Below are positions 11,950 through 28,129 of a stretch of 64,000 nt of DNA, piece after piece. Under the pieces are notes generated by a model. That model had not been told where the DNA came from and did not search any database. It worked only from the letters and a program-made list of their open reading frames with translations. This DNA comes from Eledone cirrhosa (Eukaryota). The DNA is taken from assembly GCA_964016885.1 (NCBI GenBank), contig OZ024745.1:18042001-18106000 (forward strand), written 5' to 3'. How positions within the stretch are numbered: position 1 is the stretch's first letter; each line of letters starts with the position of its first letter. Position numbers and translations under genes: made by a program.

Positions 11950-13810
11950 AACACTTTGTATGGAAATCAGGATGGATTCAGTTTGAAACTGGTTAGAACA
12001 TTCCTCCACAGAATACTCGATATTTGTGGTAGTAGAGTATGCTTATATTATAAAAGGTCGGGCCCCCTACCACTGAGCTCTTGCCGTTTCAATAGCTAGT
12101 TCCATACTTTGATAATTTCTTTTGAATGAAACAATTCTAGATCTGTAGAAAACATGTCTATATTAAACGTGATAATTACACTCAACTAATGTATTGTGTA
12201 CCTTAGTAATGAAAGTCTGAAGGATAATATTAGATAGTAGCTAATCCATTGCTTTACAATTGGTCTATCTAAAGATACAAAATGCACAATCTGTTCACCA
12301 ATGTAAAGGTAAAACCAATTTACAACCTCAAATAGAACATGCCATTATTTTTAAACGACACCAGTTATTAAACGAAGACATTCGAGGCCTGTGATCTAGC
12401 TTTATCTTTAAATCTGATAAACGGGTAAGCATTCCTTACTACTCAGCTGACATTCTCGTAGAATAATGGATCAATAACTCTCTAATAACATAATTGAACG
12501 TTATAGTTTGAATGCTCTCGGATATATTAAATTATCGTATCTGAGAAGTTGATGGCTTGTATTAATTATGCTTGTCAGCCCCTAAAAGAGTTGTAATATG
12601 GTTAAAGATTCCTGCCCACAAACAAGCCCACGCGAATAAATATGAGAATGTATCGGTTCAACCACCCTGATAATCCTGCACAAATGATGTAATCTTTATA
12701 CCAGCCACTCCGACTGAAAATATTTGAAAAAGTGTATAAATCTCAAATTAATGTAATGGTGTTCGGAGAAACTATAACACTGTTTTAAATACTTTAATTA
12801 AGGCATCCAACTTTCGCTTTCTATTCATGATGTGTCAGTGTATATGTTCTTACACGTATAAATATACTATTTCTCATATTTGTGTAATAGGACACTCAGA
12901 AACAGAGATATGTCTTATCAATCCTAAGGGATATACTCAGGCCTAATTGTGAACATAGTTGGCTGTATGTAACCGCTGTCCGTGAGATAATTTATCGGTT
13001 CTGCTGTGTTGCAAGCATTAGGCTATTTCACCCTTTTAAAATTAACTCCTTACCCAACATACCAAATACTACTCGCTCTGAAAGGTGTGTTGAGAGCTGT
13101 TGAACTTATAATATATTTAAATGTCAGTCAGACGCCTCACTAGAACATTCATTCAGATCGTTTTGAAATAAAAGGAGGCATATGATAGATTAGATATTAG
13201 ATGTTATTAACTAAGTCATTGGTCATCGCACATATGTCTTATATCAGATATTTGGACAAACACAATCGGTCGGGAGTTAAAATGGTTTCGGATCTATGTG
13301 TATATTTTCCGTGAACGAGTTATCGTTTCTATCTAGATTCAACAAAATCTCCTTTTAAACGAAGATATCTCCCAGATCTCCAACCTCATTTATCTATATT
13401 AATAAAACAAATGTTACCTTAATGACAACTAAAATTATATTAATGAGACAACCAGTCTAGTTCCTAAATCATTGGTAAAAGTCTGTGACGTGTCATTAAT
13501 TACGTCACAAGATAAAAACTTAAGCTATGCGACACACAACTTGAACATATTTCTTAATGAAATGAATCATATAACGATTCCAGTCTTCATAATGAATTTC
13601 GCAGACAGATATAATTCCAATTATGATCCTAATTACAATTATGTCCGCTCGTTTAGGAAATTTCGAAGAGGAAACAGCAATGTTGGATTGCTTTTTAAAG
13701 AAATGAGATATGATAAAAACTTAACGATCTCAATGAGTTTCACTCTTTTCTCATTGTTCGCATTCTCATCTAGGTTTCTTAGTCTTTATATGTGTATATA
13801 TGTATTATAT

Positions 13811-13927
<117 letters not shown>

Positions 13928-14117
13928 AATATATATATAAGTAAGATGTATGGTAGGTCGTATGTGAATCGCGATGATCACGTCTGACCTACCAAATATG
14001 TGACGGTAGCTAGTTAAGCTCTATGCGTATACGCATGTGGTATTATACCACAATCTCAAACTGCTAGCCTTGAGTGATACGTTGATGTAGATAATGATCT
14101 TACAGTCACATGTTATA

Positions 14118-14164
14118 TGCCTTGAAAAATCCCACCATGTGGTCGGACGAAACGGCTGTCGGTA
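14118..14164 (+). ncRNA. Minimal hammerhead motif, U3-A8 core variant
   Basis: tgcc-TTGAAAA-atcc..ggac-GAAA-cggctg-TC-ggta. The first stem II pair is mismatched. Confidence 0.55.
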
Positions 14165-14228
14165 ATAAACTTGTTATAATGTCATAATAGTTCCTTTGTT
14201 CTTTTTCACTAATATATATATATATATG

Positions 14229-15005
<777 letters not shown>

Positions 15006-15049
15006 GCAACAACAATAACAGCCACAACAACAACAACAGCCACAATAAC

Positions 15050-18000
15050 AACAACATCCATAACAACAACAACAGCCAGAAAGCAAGGAGGAACCACTAC
15101 TGAATTCAAGCATAATAACTGAATTACTGAATGACAGTATCCCTCAGCCACTGTATCAGCCAACCTTATCGCCATCACCATCACCATCACCACCGTCACC
15201 ACCTTCTGCCACATCAACTGCTGATATTATCACCACAGTTGTCATCATCATCATCACCACTAATGCTTTCTTCCCCCACATCACCACCACATCCATGCCA
15301 TAGTCAAAAGAACTTAAACAAAGAATCTATGGAACTGTATGCACCTCCCACTACACATACTAGAAACCCCAAAATTTGCCGTTACTCATTACGTCAGAGG
15401 CTATGCACACGTAGCGACTGTATATTTACCCATTGACCGGGTACCAGGCGCACTAACGCTGCCAGCCAACACCAAAGCACGCTGCCCGCACGAATAGGTC
15501 GCAGTCCCAAAATCTGCCAACTTTCCCAACGTGAGAGGCTCTGTCTGCTGACTGACTGTCCCTTCACTCATCTTCCTGGGACACAACGCACGAACAGAAA
15601 AGGGGCTCCATGCCAACCCCAAACCACAATAAAGCCACACCCTGCTGCGGTAATGCTGCTCCAGTCCTCTTCCCAATGACATGATTACAACAACAAAAAC
15701 AACAAAAGCAATGCTGCTCCAGTCTTTTCACAAAGACACGATCGCAACAACAACAAATAAAACAACAACAAAAATAACGCTGATCCAGTCTTTTCACAAA
15801 GACACAATTACAACAAATACAACAACAACAACAAAAGAGGGAACTGCAACCCTATCCAATGTTGTAACCACAAATTCAATCAAAAACTGCTCAGTGAACA
15901 AAAACAAATCTTTCTTTTTTAACCATGAACCTGGCAAAAGAGATAGAGAAAAACATTTAAGCCATCACCCAACACCATCCCTGCTGTCACTAACACACCA
16001 CAATCACTAAACAAGCCTCCTGCAACAGTCAAAACCAGCCACCACACTAGCCTCCACATTCTTACTCAATACACAAGGTATCAGCCCATCCATCAATGCA
16101 CAGAAATGGAAGATCCAATTAATTGAGGATTGGGTTGGTAACCATCCATGTCACATCCCCTTCTTCAGTCTTACTAAGACCCACCTTGACAACTCCCACT
16201 TGGAGGCCGAAGTAATTTCACAACCATCCGTGCGGATTGTATTGGCAGAAGGAAGGGTGGAACTGCCATTTTCCTGCATGATTCCTTTACGGCAGATGGC
16301 AACACAACATTCTATAATGGATACTGTGAATCAATCACTGTGCACAATAAAGCCAATGATCTGACATTAGTTGGGCTCTATAGGCCACCACAAACACCCA
16401 TAATCTGATTCAAAGAATGCCTCAACAGTATTAAATGCTTTATTAAACAGTGCCATTCAAGCAACATACTTTTGATGGGAGACTTTAATCTACCCTGTGT
16501 CGATTGGTCTACATGTAGTTTGAAACCAGGCTCCACAGCCTCAACAACTGACAAAGAGGCTGTTGAGTCACTTCTTGACTTCATGAATGAGCTTTTCTTG
16601 TCCCAACTTGTCCTTGCACCAACGAGGCATCAGAAGAATATTCTGGATCTAGTGTTTAGTAACCACACTAACACTATACATAATATTACAGTGGAAAACA
16701 CCCTTCTCTCAGACCATGACATGGTTCTTTGTAACCTGAGATTCCACCAGCCGAAAGCTAATCCCAGGGTCCTCTCTCCAGCCCACCCATTTGATAACAT
16801 GGATCTCTACAATGCCAACTGGGATGCAATTATGAATGAACTATCACATTTCGACTGGTCTTTTACACATGTACACACTTCCACCAACATCAAAACATCT
16901 TGGCAGATCTTTGTAGACATTGTCACAAATATATGTACAAAACACACCCCACCGAAACCTGTGAACAAAACCAAGTGCAGTATCCCCCAAAACAGAAAAG
17001 CAATTATCAGAAAAATAAAAAGAACAAACAAAAAAATTAACACACTAAAATACTGCCAACAGCAACATACACATACAATGGCTATCACCCTGCTTGAGTC
17101 AAAAAAGATAACCTCCAGCAATGCATGATGACCATCATCAATAACCAGAGAATAGCTGAAGAGAAGTGGGCCAATGAGAAAATCAAACTCAACCCCAAAG
17201 TGTTCTTTTCATTTGCTAAAACACACAAGGTCACCGTCTCCACTGTTGGCCCCCTAGTTGATGGCACACTCCAGGACAATGCCAAAACCATGGGCGAGAT
17301 ACTGCAGAAACAATACTGCTCTGTTTTCAACAATCCTGATATGGCCTATCTGGGCCGTATTAGTGAAGTTAACCCCCAACACACTATATCAGACATAACG
17401 TTTGGGGTCCCTGATGTCTTAGCGGCAATAAACGAAATTAAACACAATTTAGCAGTAGGCCCTGACAGGTTCCCTGCTTGTGTCCTGAAGGTGTGTCGAC
17501 ACCAACTTGCATCTCCTCTTGCTAATCTGTGGAGGAAAGCACTCGACACTGGCTATATTCCTGAAAACTTTCTGTCCCAGTCCGTTGTCCCAGTCTTCAA
17601 AACGGGAAATAAGTCCCTTGCAGTGAACTACCGCCCGATCTCACTCACCTCTCATATTATCAAGGTATTTGAGAGGGGGGTGAGATCACGAATAACCCAC
17701 TTTCTTGAAAGCAACGGCCTGCTGAACTCCAACCAACATGGGTTCCGTAATGGAAGGGACTGCCTAACGCAGCTCCTGCATCATTTTGACGATGTTTTGA
17801 GAGCCTTGGGGGAGCGCTCCAACACTGATGTCATCTACCTTGACTTCTGACTTCGGCAAGGCCTTCTACTGAAAAAACTATTCAATGTTGGTGTCTCTGG
17901 AAGGTTACTACAGTGGATAAATGTTTCCTGACAGGCAGAACCCAGTATGTTGTAGTCGAAGGAGTAAAATCAAGCCCTTCCAAAGTCAGCAGTGGCGTCC

Positions 18001-19050
18001 CACAAGGCACTGTGTTGGGCCCACTTCTTTTCATCATCTACATTAATGACATTACTGACATCATCAAGCACAGCAACATCAGAATCTTCGCAGATGATTC
18101 TAAGCTCCAAAGGGTCACCAATGAGGTGGTTGACCGGACTTGCCTTCAGTCAGACCAACCGTCTGTTATCCAATGGGCAGAAATGAATAATATACTGTTG
18201 AATGAGGATAATTTGAATTATTCCACTTTAAAAAAGGATGCCCTGAAACTACCATACTCTCTTCCTTCGGGTGAAACTCTAGTAGCATCAAATACCATCA
18301 GAGACCTGGGAGTAATTGTGGACAACAACATAAGCTTGGCCACTCATATATACAGCAAAGTTGATATGGCCTGCAGAATGTGTTCCTGGATTATTAGAAC
18401 TTTCCAGTCGAGAGATATCCACACGGTTATCCTTCTCTTCTCCACTTTTTCCCGACCCCACCTATACTGTTGTCCACTGTGGTCAACCCACACGAAACAA
18501 AGTATCATGAAAGTTGAAGCACCCCAAAGGTCAATTACAAAAAAGATAGATGGCATGACAGGCCTTGACTATTGGAGTCGATTAGAAAACCTCAAACTTT
18601 ATTCTCTCCAACGTCGCCATGAGCGCTATATTGTCTGTATGATGTGGAAAATATTTCATCAGCTTTTCCCAAATTATGTTGGCATCACCTTTAGTGTACA
18701 CCCGAGGCTTGGGCTCCGTGCTATCCACCCACGACAGAAATCTCACTCGCATCACATAACAACAATACGGCACAATTATTTCACCTCAAGTGGCCCTGCA
18801 CTCTTTAAAATTACACCAAAAAACATCAAAGCAGAGACAGACCCCATCAAGTTCAAGAAGTCTTTGGATAAATTCCTTCAAGAAATCCCGGATAAGCCTC
18901 GTACACCCGGATATGCCTCCGTAACCAATAACTCTCTGCTCGAGTGGGCCAAGGTGCTCAAACACTGATTTGTAAGACTTCGCCAGGTGGTGCTATTAAG
19001 TTAGACATGGCCTGGGCCAATACTGGCCGAAAACTATCAAAGTTAAATTA
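15050..19050 (+). mobile_element. Decayed near-full-length CR1-type LINE (ORF1 remnant, APE endonuclease, RT)
   Basis: CCCH-like KICRY..RLCTRSDCIFTH; APE motifs MGDFNLP, NILDLVFSN, SDHDMV; RT NYRPISLTS, QHGFR, VIYLDF, SGVPQGTVLGPLLF, FADD; C-terminus PDKP..GY..NSLLEW, followed by a short 3' UTR and (TA)n. Multiple stops and frameshifts. The 5' boundary is approximate. Confidence 0.9.
16050..18968 (+). pseudogene. LINE ORF2 (APE + RT), fragmented
   Basis: ORFs 16472-17128, 17125-17850 and 17913-18968 are consecutive ORF2 pieces in shifting frames. Confidence 0.9.
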
Positions 19051-19054
19051 TATA

Positions 19055-19284
<230 letters not shown>

Positions 19285-19520
19285 ATATATATGTTTTATA
19301 TGATATATATATGATATATATATGATGTATATATATATATATGCTATATATGATATATATACATATCATATAAATATATATATCATATACATATATATAT
19401 ATATATGTATATGATATATATATTTATAAATGATATGTATATATATCATATATATCATATATAGCATATATATATATACATCATATATATCATATATATA
19501 TATATATATATATCATATAA

Positions 19521-19555
<35 letters not shown>

Positions 19556-19817
19556 GTACATATATATATATATATGCATGTTTGTGTATATATATATATG
19601 TGTGTGTTTGTGTGTCTTACGAAGGGTTAAGGTGACATGTGCTGAAATAATATTGCTGGATTGCATTTTAAATAATAAAACAAATGATGCATATATGAAT
19701 CTCCACGTATTACCACTGTTTGTATTTCTCACACTTCTACCTATTTATATTTCTTTCTATATATTCATCTTTCTGTCTACTTGAATCTGCCAAACACTGT
19801 ATGTTGAATATATAATG

Positions 19818-20008
19818 CTTTCTTTATTTGTTTCTACTTTTTGGTACAAGGCCAGCAATTACCCAGTACAATCCTGCTACTTTATTTTATGGACCCCGTA
19901 AGGATGAAAGGCAAAGTTAACCTAGGCGGGATTTGAACACGTAAAGGGAAATAACTATGCTGGAAAGCATGTCTGACACTCTACCGATACTGCCAATCCA
20001 CTGCCCTA
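19818..20008 (-). mobile_element. tRNA-derived SINE with ~18-bp target-site duplication
   Basis: Reverse complement of the SINE at 62844; tatgttgaatatataatg flanks both sides. Confidence 0.85.
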
Positions 20009-20434
20009 TATGTTGAATATATAATGGCATCATGTTATTTTAATTCTATCTTCAATGAAGAGCACAGAAGTTAAATTTCGAATATTTTGTAAACATATTT
20101 TGACTTTCTATAACCTATATTTAGTACAATTTTCGCCATTGACATTATGAACATAAGTTGCCCTATTGACTTGTGTTGTCACAGGTTTTAAGAGTGACAT
20201 TGGTAACGTTTTCAAGGATTTACTTCTCCTCTACAATGTCTTAATAATTCTTGAAATATAATGACAAATAATTGAGTAGTTCAGACGTAATGTAAATTAA
20301 ATATCTCTCGGTACTAATATGATTCTATGTCTATCTAAATGAGTTCCATTAATTATGTTTCGTCTATATTATTCAGACACAGTGTGTTTGTTGACAACGA
20401 CAGAGAAATCCGGTCATACGGGCCACTATAAAAT

Positions 20435-20567
20435 ACTAGGTGTCAGGAGATAGTCATATGGATTGTTATAAAGTACTAGGTGTCAGGGGATAGTCATATG
20501 GATTGTTATAATGTATTAGGTGTCAGGGGATAGTCATATGGATTGTTATTAGGACTAGGTGTCAGGA
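20435..20567. repeat. ~39-40-bp minisatellite, ~3.4 copies
   Basis: tactaggtgtcaggggatagtcatatggattgttata.. repeated. Confidence 0.9.
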
Positions 20568-21211
20568 AATAGTTGAATTCTTTTCATTGATGATATTTTA
20601 ACACTCGAACTATTGAAAAAGACTCAACTCAATAAAATTAACGAAGAAACATTATTTGTAAACATTTTCGGGAATGACATATTTTCATAATTTAGATTAT
20701 TTTAGTAGATTTAACGCATTAGGTTCTGAAGTATTTATTTCTTCGTGAATGAGTCTCTATTATGTCGCAAATATACATTTATATTTGCAACATAATAGAA
20801 ATTCATTGAGGTGACAATATATTGAGTATTCTATAACATGTATCTCCAGATTTTCTACCAATTTAATAAGTCGCAATAGTTCTAGTTGCAGAAATATTTA
20901 GATACGCTACATATTAAGTTGAATAAACATAAGTGTATAACATGGAATGCTAAATAAATGAACAAACGCAAAATAAATATAAAAATAAGAGGACAATGTA
21001 GGAGGAAATTGATGAATAATAAGAGATTTGTTGACGAGTGAATGTAAAACTGCAGAAATCATGAAATGTAACTGAAATACAATGATGTTCTGAAATCAGG
21101 TGATGTGTTTGGTGAAGACAGGTATGAGAGAACCCATTTCTCTGTGCTGCAAAGATATATTACAGTTATTTAACTATATTAGAAAAAATATAGTATGAAT
21201 CATACGTCCCA

Positions 21212-21260
<49 letters not shown>

Positions 21261-21320
21261 CTCTTTTACTCTTTTACCTGTTTCAGCCATCCGGCTGAGG
21301 CCATGCTGGGGCACCGCCCT

Positions 21321-21376
<56 letters not shown>

Positions 21377-21512
21377 GCGATCAACCGCTATAGAATATTT
21401 ACCCAACATTTCAATAGCACGTGGAAATCGATTAAATATACCGTCAACCATACACAATTTGGTATAAAATTAAAGCTAGAAGAAAAAATGCATATACACA
21501 TACCAGGATTAC

Positions 21513-21593
21513 GTTTCTACCCTTAGGGTTTCGTTCGCTTTCGGAAATATCCTATCAAGGATAAATTCTCGAGCTTCGAACTCATCAGGAAAC
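21513..21593 (-). ncRNA. Canonical type-I hammerhead ribozyme with long stem II
   Basis: gtttc-CTGATGA-gttcg(...)cgaac-GAAA-ccc taa ggg-TA-gaaac. All core nucleotides and three stems are intact. Confidence 0.9.
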
Positions 21594-23844
21594 AAACTCA
21601 CTGGACAAAGATTTTTCTTAAATGTTCCCCGCCAGAAACGAATTCAAAATGGCTAAGAACTGTGACGTGGCAGTGGTCAAGTCAGAAAGAATGTAATTGG
21701 TGCCTTACGGCGAGTGGGCTCGTTGCTAGAAAGCGCAGCCCAATGTTGCCCAAATTGCATCTCAACCTTATGGGAGATTATCAAATATAATAATTTACAT
21801 ATACACAAACTAGACAAAGTCACAGATATATATGTTTTGGCAACCATTCACGATGTGGCTCAATGATGAATTAATAAATTAAATAACCGGAGCAATATAT
21901 ATATATATTGAGTATATGTTGGTTGTTTACCGACACCTCAGTATGCAGAATGGAGCACTCGACGAACTATGCACGTTTGTTTGCTTACTCCGGCGTAATG
22001 TAAAATAATTAAATCAAATTTTACATATTTGACTTAATTATTGTATATATATATATGATACCATGAAAAAATTCGTATATATATATGCATATATATATAT
22101 ATATATGATACCAGGAAGAAATTGGTATATATATATATACATAATATTCTTTGGGACGAGGACATTTATAATTAGGAGGCAGTTGTTGCATATTATTTAT
22201 CACACAGAAGTAATTTTGTTTGCCGTATCAGATCACGCGGATTGGATTATAGCTAGAACCTCCATCAAATAATATAAATTTATCTGAAAACAAATTTCGT
22301 GGTCATCTAAGTACTTTCGTTGATTTCTGTAAATATACAATATATTAAGCTGAGATACTATGAAGATATAAAATAATGGTTTCAGTTTTTTTTCTCAATA
22401 TGTTCTACCTGTGTTGTACTTTATACAGTTATAATAAAATCATATTAGGCAGTAAAGCTTGGCTCACATTAACGTAATTGTATGTTAAATATTAAATTTA
22501 GCGGATTAAGAAAATGCTTTTGATGGCGTTTCCAACAAGGGTAAACCTACATAGAATGCTTTGTTGAATCAATTTTATATAATCATGCAAAAGCCTATCA
22601 TGATAAGGTCTACTAAGGAAATATCCTTTATTGCCGTTCTTATATAACATCACAGATTTTAACAGCCGGCTTGTGTTTTGATCTAATAAATTCTTTCCCT
22701 GGCACGTTTAGCGGATGTTACGTTTTCATTTCTGAATGAAAATAAAACAGAGTTCACAGTAATAAATTCAGAAAAACAGACATCAAATATTATATTCTTT
22801 GTGCAACTTTTCCGTTTCCGAAAGACTGAATTGTAATAAAAGCTACGTATTTGTTACTAGTAGCTAATTTTTAGAAGTCGATATAACTTTGTATATGGAG
22901 ACAATGATAAATTTACAATATATATGCATTTTAAATAGGTTCAATATTCTAAGTAGATTCGCCCAAACAAACTCTTTTTTTATTTTGTTCAGCCGTTCAT
23001 TTTACAAAAATATTATTAGTATTATATTGTCTAAACATTTAAAACACTGATCAAAATATGAAAATATTTATGATATAGGTGATAAGGATAACGATGATGA
23101 TGTCTGTTATGATAATGATTCTAATAATGATCAAAATAATTCAGGAAAAGGATATAGGCAGAGAAATAAGACAAGGAGGTTGAACCGTAACATACATGTT
23201 CAGCTTTACCATACAATTTTCAGGATAATTTACTCATAAATTTGAAGTATATTTTCATGTCATTAATTCAAATATATTCATTTTATGGTGATTTACGAAG
23301 TGTAGTCTAACCATTGATCATTTTAGATTGCTGTGATGCTACATACACAGAACTCAAAATTAAACCTCCACCTGTAACATGCTATAGCACTAAACATGAC
23401 AATTGTTGGCAAAATATTTAAGAATAATCGAATGTTTTAGTGAAACTATACAAGTATTTCTGATTACAGACTGAAAGCGCTATTACATATCTTTAATATT
23501 TTTGTGCAATTAATAGATAATTTATTCCGAGGCGTAATACTAAAATCCAAAACAGCCTGACAACGTGAGATATTGCTCAATTCTACATTATTATTGACAT
23601 TAATATATCACATTAAATTAGCGCTATAGCCATAACTGAAAAGTAACATTAGTTTAAAAGTCTGCATTTCTATATCTAAGAAACATCTCCTCTCAGTAGA
23701 ATTAGGAAAGGAATCGGTCTAGGAGATACCAGAACTTATTCGCTTACCAAGTAGTCTGTAGCTCGTCAAATGGGAACAGGGAAACGATGTTTATATTGGT
23801 CCTTACATTGCTGATACTATCTACCGCTTAAAACTCCTGGCAGA

Positions 23845-23965
23845 AGCAGCTATGTGAAATAAATTGTCTTGAACTAGGGCATAATGCATCGGCCGGTCCA
23901 GAAATTGAACTCGCAACCTCAAGATTGCGAATCCAATTCTCTACTCATTAAACAACGCACCACCA
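23845..23965 (-). mobile_element. tRNA-derived SINE head (second family)
   Basis: A-box-like 5' end and B-box gagttcaatt followed by a CORE-like caagacaatttatttcaca; related piece at ~40120-40190. Confidence 0.55.
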
Positions 23966-24879
23966 GGAAAATATATATTTGCAATGTGCAACGTTCACGT
24001 AATATATGCATAAAACAATGCATATATATAATGGATATAATAATTCTATAGGAAGCATTACAGAATTTCTCTATAATTTTATGTAAATACCTCCAGAGTT
24101 TGGGAATCAAAATCACAGTTGACATTTCAAATGAAAATATATGTGCATGTTAATGTACCTCAATGCATATATTCATTTATAATTTGAAACAATTCAAAGG
24201 ATCCCATCAAAAACTCTTTGTATGTTAGCGTAAAGGGTTTCTGCATTCGATATCTTCGTATCTAAATAGGGAAAGTTGTATTTCACGAGATAGAATATTG
24301 AATAATAGAACGATTAAAAACAGTTTACATAGATTGATATGTATAACCTCATCCCATTTAATAACATATTCTGTATGATATATCATTGATATTATTGTAC
24401 TTGTGCATTACTGGTACTTTATTTTATCTTTCATTCTTACGGGGTCGATAAAATAAACTACCAGTAATGCTCTGGGTAATTGTTGGCCTTGTGCCTAAAG
24501 TAGAAACAATTATTGTACTGTTTCTATACTTTGATATATGCTGACGATTATGATATACACAATATAGGTATGGTTTTTCCAAGAGTAGTCGGTTTACAAG
24601 TTGTAAGAATTCACACCAGGTATTATGTTGAAAGCATGTTACGTTTGCAGATACCAGGATATTTCCCCTTGTAGACTTGTTTCATTCAATAATCACACAC
24701 ACATACATACACACACACACATACACACAAACCACACACACACAACACGCACAAGCACGCACACACACACACATTTATTTATTTATACATATGACATATA
24801 TGTTATTGTTGTTATTACATACAATATATATATCAGTACTTCTTATAGATTGGGCCTTCATAAATAGAGCTATAAATGT

Positions 24880-25400
24880 GTAGGTTTCAAACAACCCTTC
24901 TCCCCTCAAGTTAAGATGGAAATACATAACTATCATACATAAACATTTACATGTAAACCACAAACACTGATAAATTGTTAACAGACTTACAACTAAAATT
25001 GGGTAATCTTGTGCCAGGATTGTAGATTCCTGTAACACAAACGCATCAATGAATGCCTCCACACCATGTTGTTCATACAGAAAACCAGAGGCCTGCCCTC
25101 TAGACGAAGCTTGCAATGATGCTGCCATGATATATGAGGTCATTCTGGTCTCACCAACGGCAGAATGTCAAAGCTTCCATGGAAATGCCAGATGTCCGTT
25201 TATAAACTGCTTCCTAAACCCTAAATCCATTTTCTGATAGGAAGCTCTAAACTTGCAAGCCATGTGTGGGCACAACAGTACGGATTTTTTAATCAAAATT
25301 CCGAGGCTTTGACAAATGAGTTGGGCAGAATATTCTACAAAATCTACAAAGCTCATCCAACAGCTTTAATCGCTGCCCTCACACCTCCAAATATACATAG
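24880..25400 (+). mobile_element. Old degenerate Naiad-type Penelope-like fragment (thumb/linker + GIY-YIG)
   Basis: FKQPFSPQVK..IIHKHL..NHK**IVNRLTTKIG*SC...CCSYRKPEACPLDEAC..MIYEV...SKLASHVW, colinear with the 1-700 and 52850-53390 copies. Confidence 0.7.
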
Positions 25401-27995
25401 AGAAAATGTAAAAATCTACTTTTGTCAGATAATGAACCGTAAATCCACGGATAACATTCACTGACCACTGATATGACCTACCCACTTCCACATTCTTATT
25501 AACACTATGGTCGCTGCAAGGATAAGCTCCCTTACTTTCTCATAGAATATATTTTTCATTTTCTAATAAAACATTACATGAATGGGAAAACAATACGTAT
25601 ATGTAGTGCATACATTATATTTTCTGGGTCGAAACATAACACTATATAGAGATGCATGTATGGATAGATACATATATAATTGCATACATCATTGCATCTA
25701 TATCTGATACTACACATAGGGATGTATATTAATGAGATGTTTGTCTATATATCCCAAAGCAACATATGCACAATGGTGCTTGGTTTGAAGGTTAAATGCA
25801 TATTAATGTTAAACTATATAAATACATTTCGCTCTTAATCTATTTTCTATTCGTTTGTTTTCATTTTAGCTACAATTTGATATGTCGTTTTGTATCTTTT
25901 CTGTTCCACTATGTACAACTCTATCTCTGTATGCAACTAACCATGTTTCTACTTATGATTGAATGTGCTTTTTTGTACGAGATAATCGTCGCCATTCTTG
26001 TAATATTGTCCTTGGTAACTTCATTACAGTGAACAATAGTTCATCGTTGGCATCCCATACATTGATATACTTATATGATTAGACTATTAAAGATGTCCAA
26101 CCACACTATACAATAACATATATTTAATTATGCTTGCTTTTTTTCTTTACTCTAGGTGTATCTGAAGAATATTGAACTTATAACGGAAAGATTTATATGA
26201 TAGGAAAATTCTAAGATAATTTTGTTACTAACTTACAAGATTACTAAAGCTTTACAAAAACGAAAATCTAATAGATAGTTGTGTAAAAATATTATAGAGA
26301 TATTGGTTGGGTTCAAATCCGCCAAAGTTAGCTTTATCTTTCATTCTTACGGAGTCGTTAACATAAAGCGCCAGTAACGCACTGGGTTCCATTTAATCGA
26401 CTTTCTCTTTCCCCACATTTGTTCATATAGTGCCTGAATCAGAATACAGATGCCGGTAAAACAAATACATTTGATATAGATCATGACGTGTAGGTAGTTT
26501 TCAAATTTTAAATTAAGACATAATGAACTCAACACTGCTTTCTAAATATGACATAGCTGTAGGTAAAGACATATTATATTGAACATACATAGACGTTCAG
26601 TGTATATACAGATGTATTTAGAACAAAGAAAGAACAGTAAGACGGTAGGGAAGTATATATTTATATTCTATCCTGCAATATTCGACGCAGTGACATACAG
26701 GTTTTGAAAGCAAAGCACAGAGACCCAAAACAGACACAACAATGAATCGCAGCCGACACATTTACATATTCACAAATACACAACCTTCAATTGGTTCTTG
26801 CTTTTCAACCGTAAATAGCAACGTTGGTATCCGTTGGATACGAACTCAGAACACATGGAGAATGAACGAATGCTTCATAATATTCTACCCTTTACACTAA
26901 CGATTGTTCCAAATTGAGACGTTATATTTCTGTTATTGGATCAAATCGGTACTAAATACAGTTAAAGGTAGTGGGATGGTCAACAGGGAGTGTGTGTTAG
27001 GTGCAAACTGATTTTTCAACTAACGTGATTTTGCCTTCCAATAAAAATAAGATAATAACGTAACATCGTTTTTCTCGAAAGAACCATGGATGTTTGATAT
27101 TAAACATTGCAATTAGAAGCTTCTGGTCTTGACATCGATTAAGACATAATTACAATGGTATCTAAATTTGGCCGCACGCCAAGAAGTTGAATGTAGGAGA
27201 TCAATATTTTCGCTCGCCTCTCTCTGTAACGCAGGGTATGCTTCTATTTTTACAACTTGATTAAATTGTCTATTATGATATATTTTTCATCACTTATCTT
27301 TCAGGTTTTTACAGTATACCAGACAAGTAAATTTTAATGTTCAGGGCACTAATGAACTGGTTTTCAAAATAGTTCTTTGCAAAATAGTTGTTAAATAAAT
27401 CTGAAAAGAGTTTATGTGTGGTTTTTCTCATATTTATAATATAGAAATCATCTGATTCGATTTAACCTTGCAACATTTGCCTAGAGAATTCTATAGAATT
27501 ATTCAGTTTGAAAATCTTCCAAATTGGTGTTAAAATCTTAATGTAAAGCTTTCAATTTTACGCTATTTTGTTGTTATATTTGCATTTACATTGATTTTCA
27601 ATTCCTTAATAAAAATATTGTACGTTTTATATAATTCTTGATTTTCAATTCCTGTCTCTCAATCTATCTTATTTTGCTTTTTTAGAATATTAGATGCATT
27701 ACTTTTTAGCAACAAAATAGTTTTTCGTTGTTGTATTTCTTGTTGAATTTTATTATTTCACTTATCTCCGGTTCATTAGTATAAAATCGATCTCTTCCAT
27801 TAGAATGTTGATTTATGGAAGTGAAAAAATTAAATGCAAATTTTACGGTTTTTTACTCAACATTTATTTTTTTAAATTATGTTGGAAGGAAAAATGTGAT
27901 CCATGCGATATCATTGTTTGTGGGATATATAACGTAGTCCATTAACTTTACTGCATTCTGCTGATAAAATATCATACATGCATATGTATTTATGC

Positions 27996-28034
<39 letters not shown>

Positions 28035-28129
28035 CATGTGTGTGTTTTTACATATACATATATAATATATATATATATATATATATACTCATACATACAC
28101 GCACACATATATATATATATATATATATA

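Noticed and set aside
11970-12450. LVRTFLHRILDICGS resembling a PLE RT thumb motif
   Set aside because: A single short motif in heavily degraded sequence; insufficient without a profile search.
22139-22293. Exon-like minus-strand segment (acceptor ttgttttcag; KFILFDGGSSYNPIRVI*YGKQNYFC...)
   Set aside because: In-frame TGA, no recognisable homology, and no supportable partner exons.
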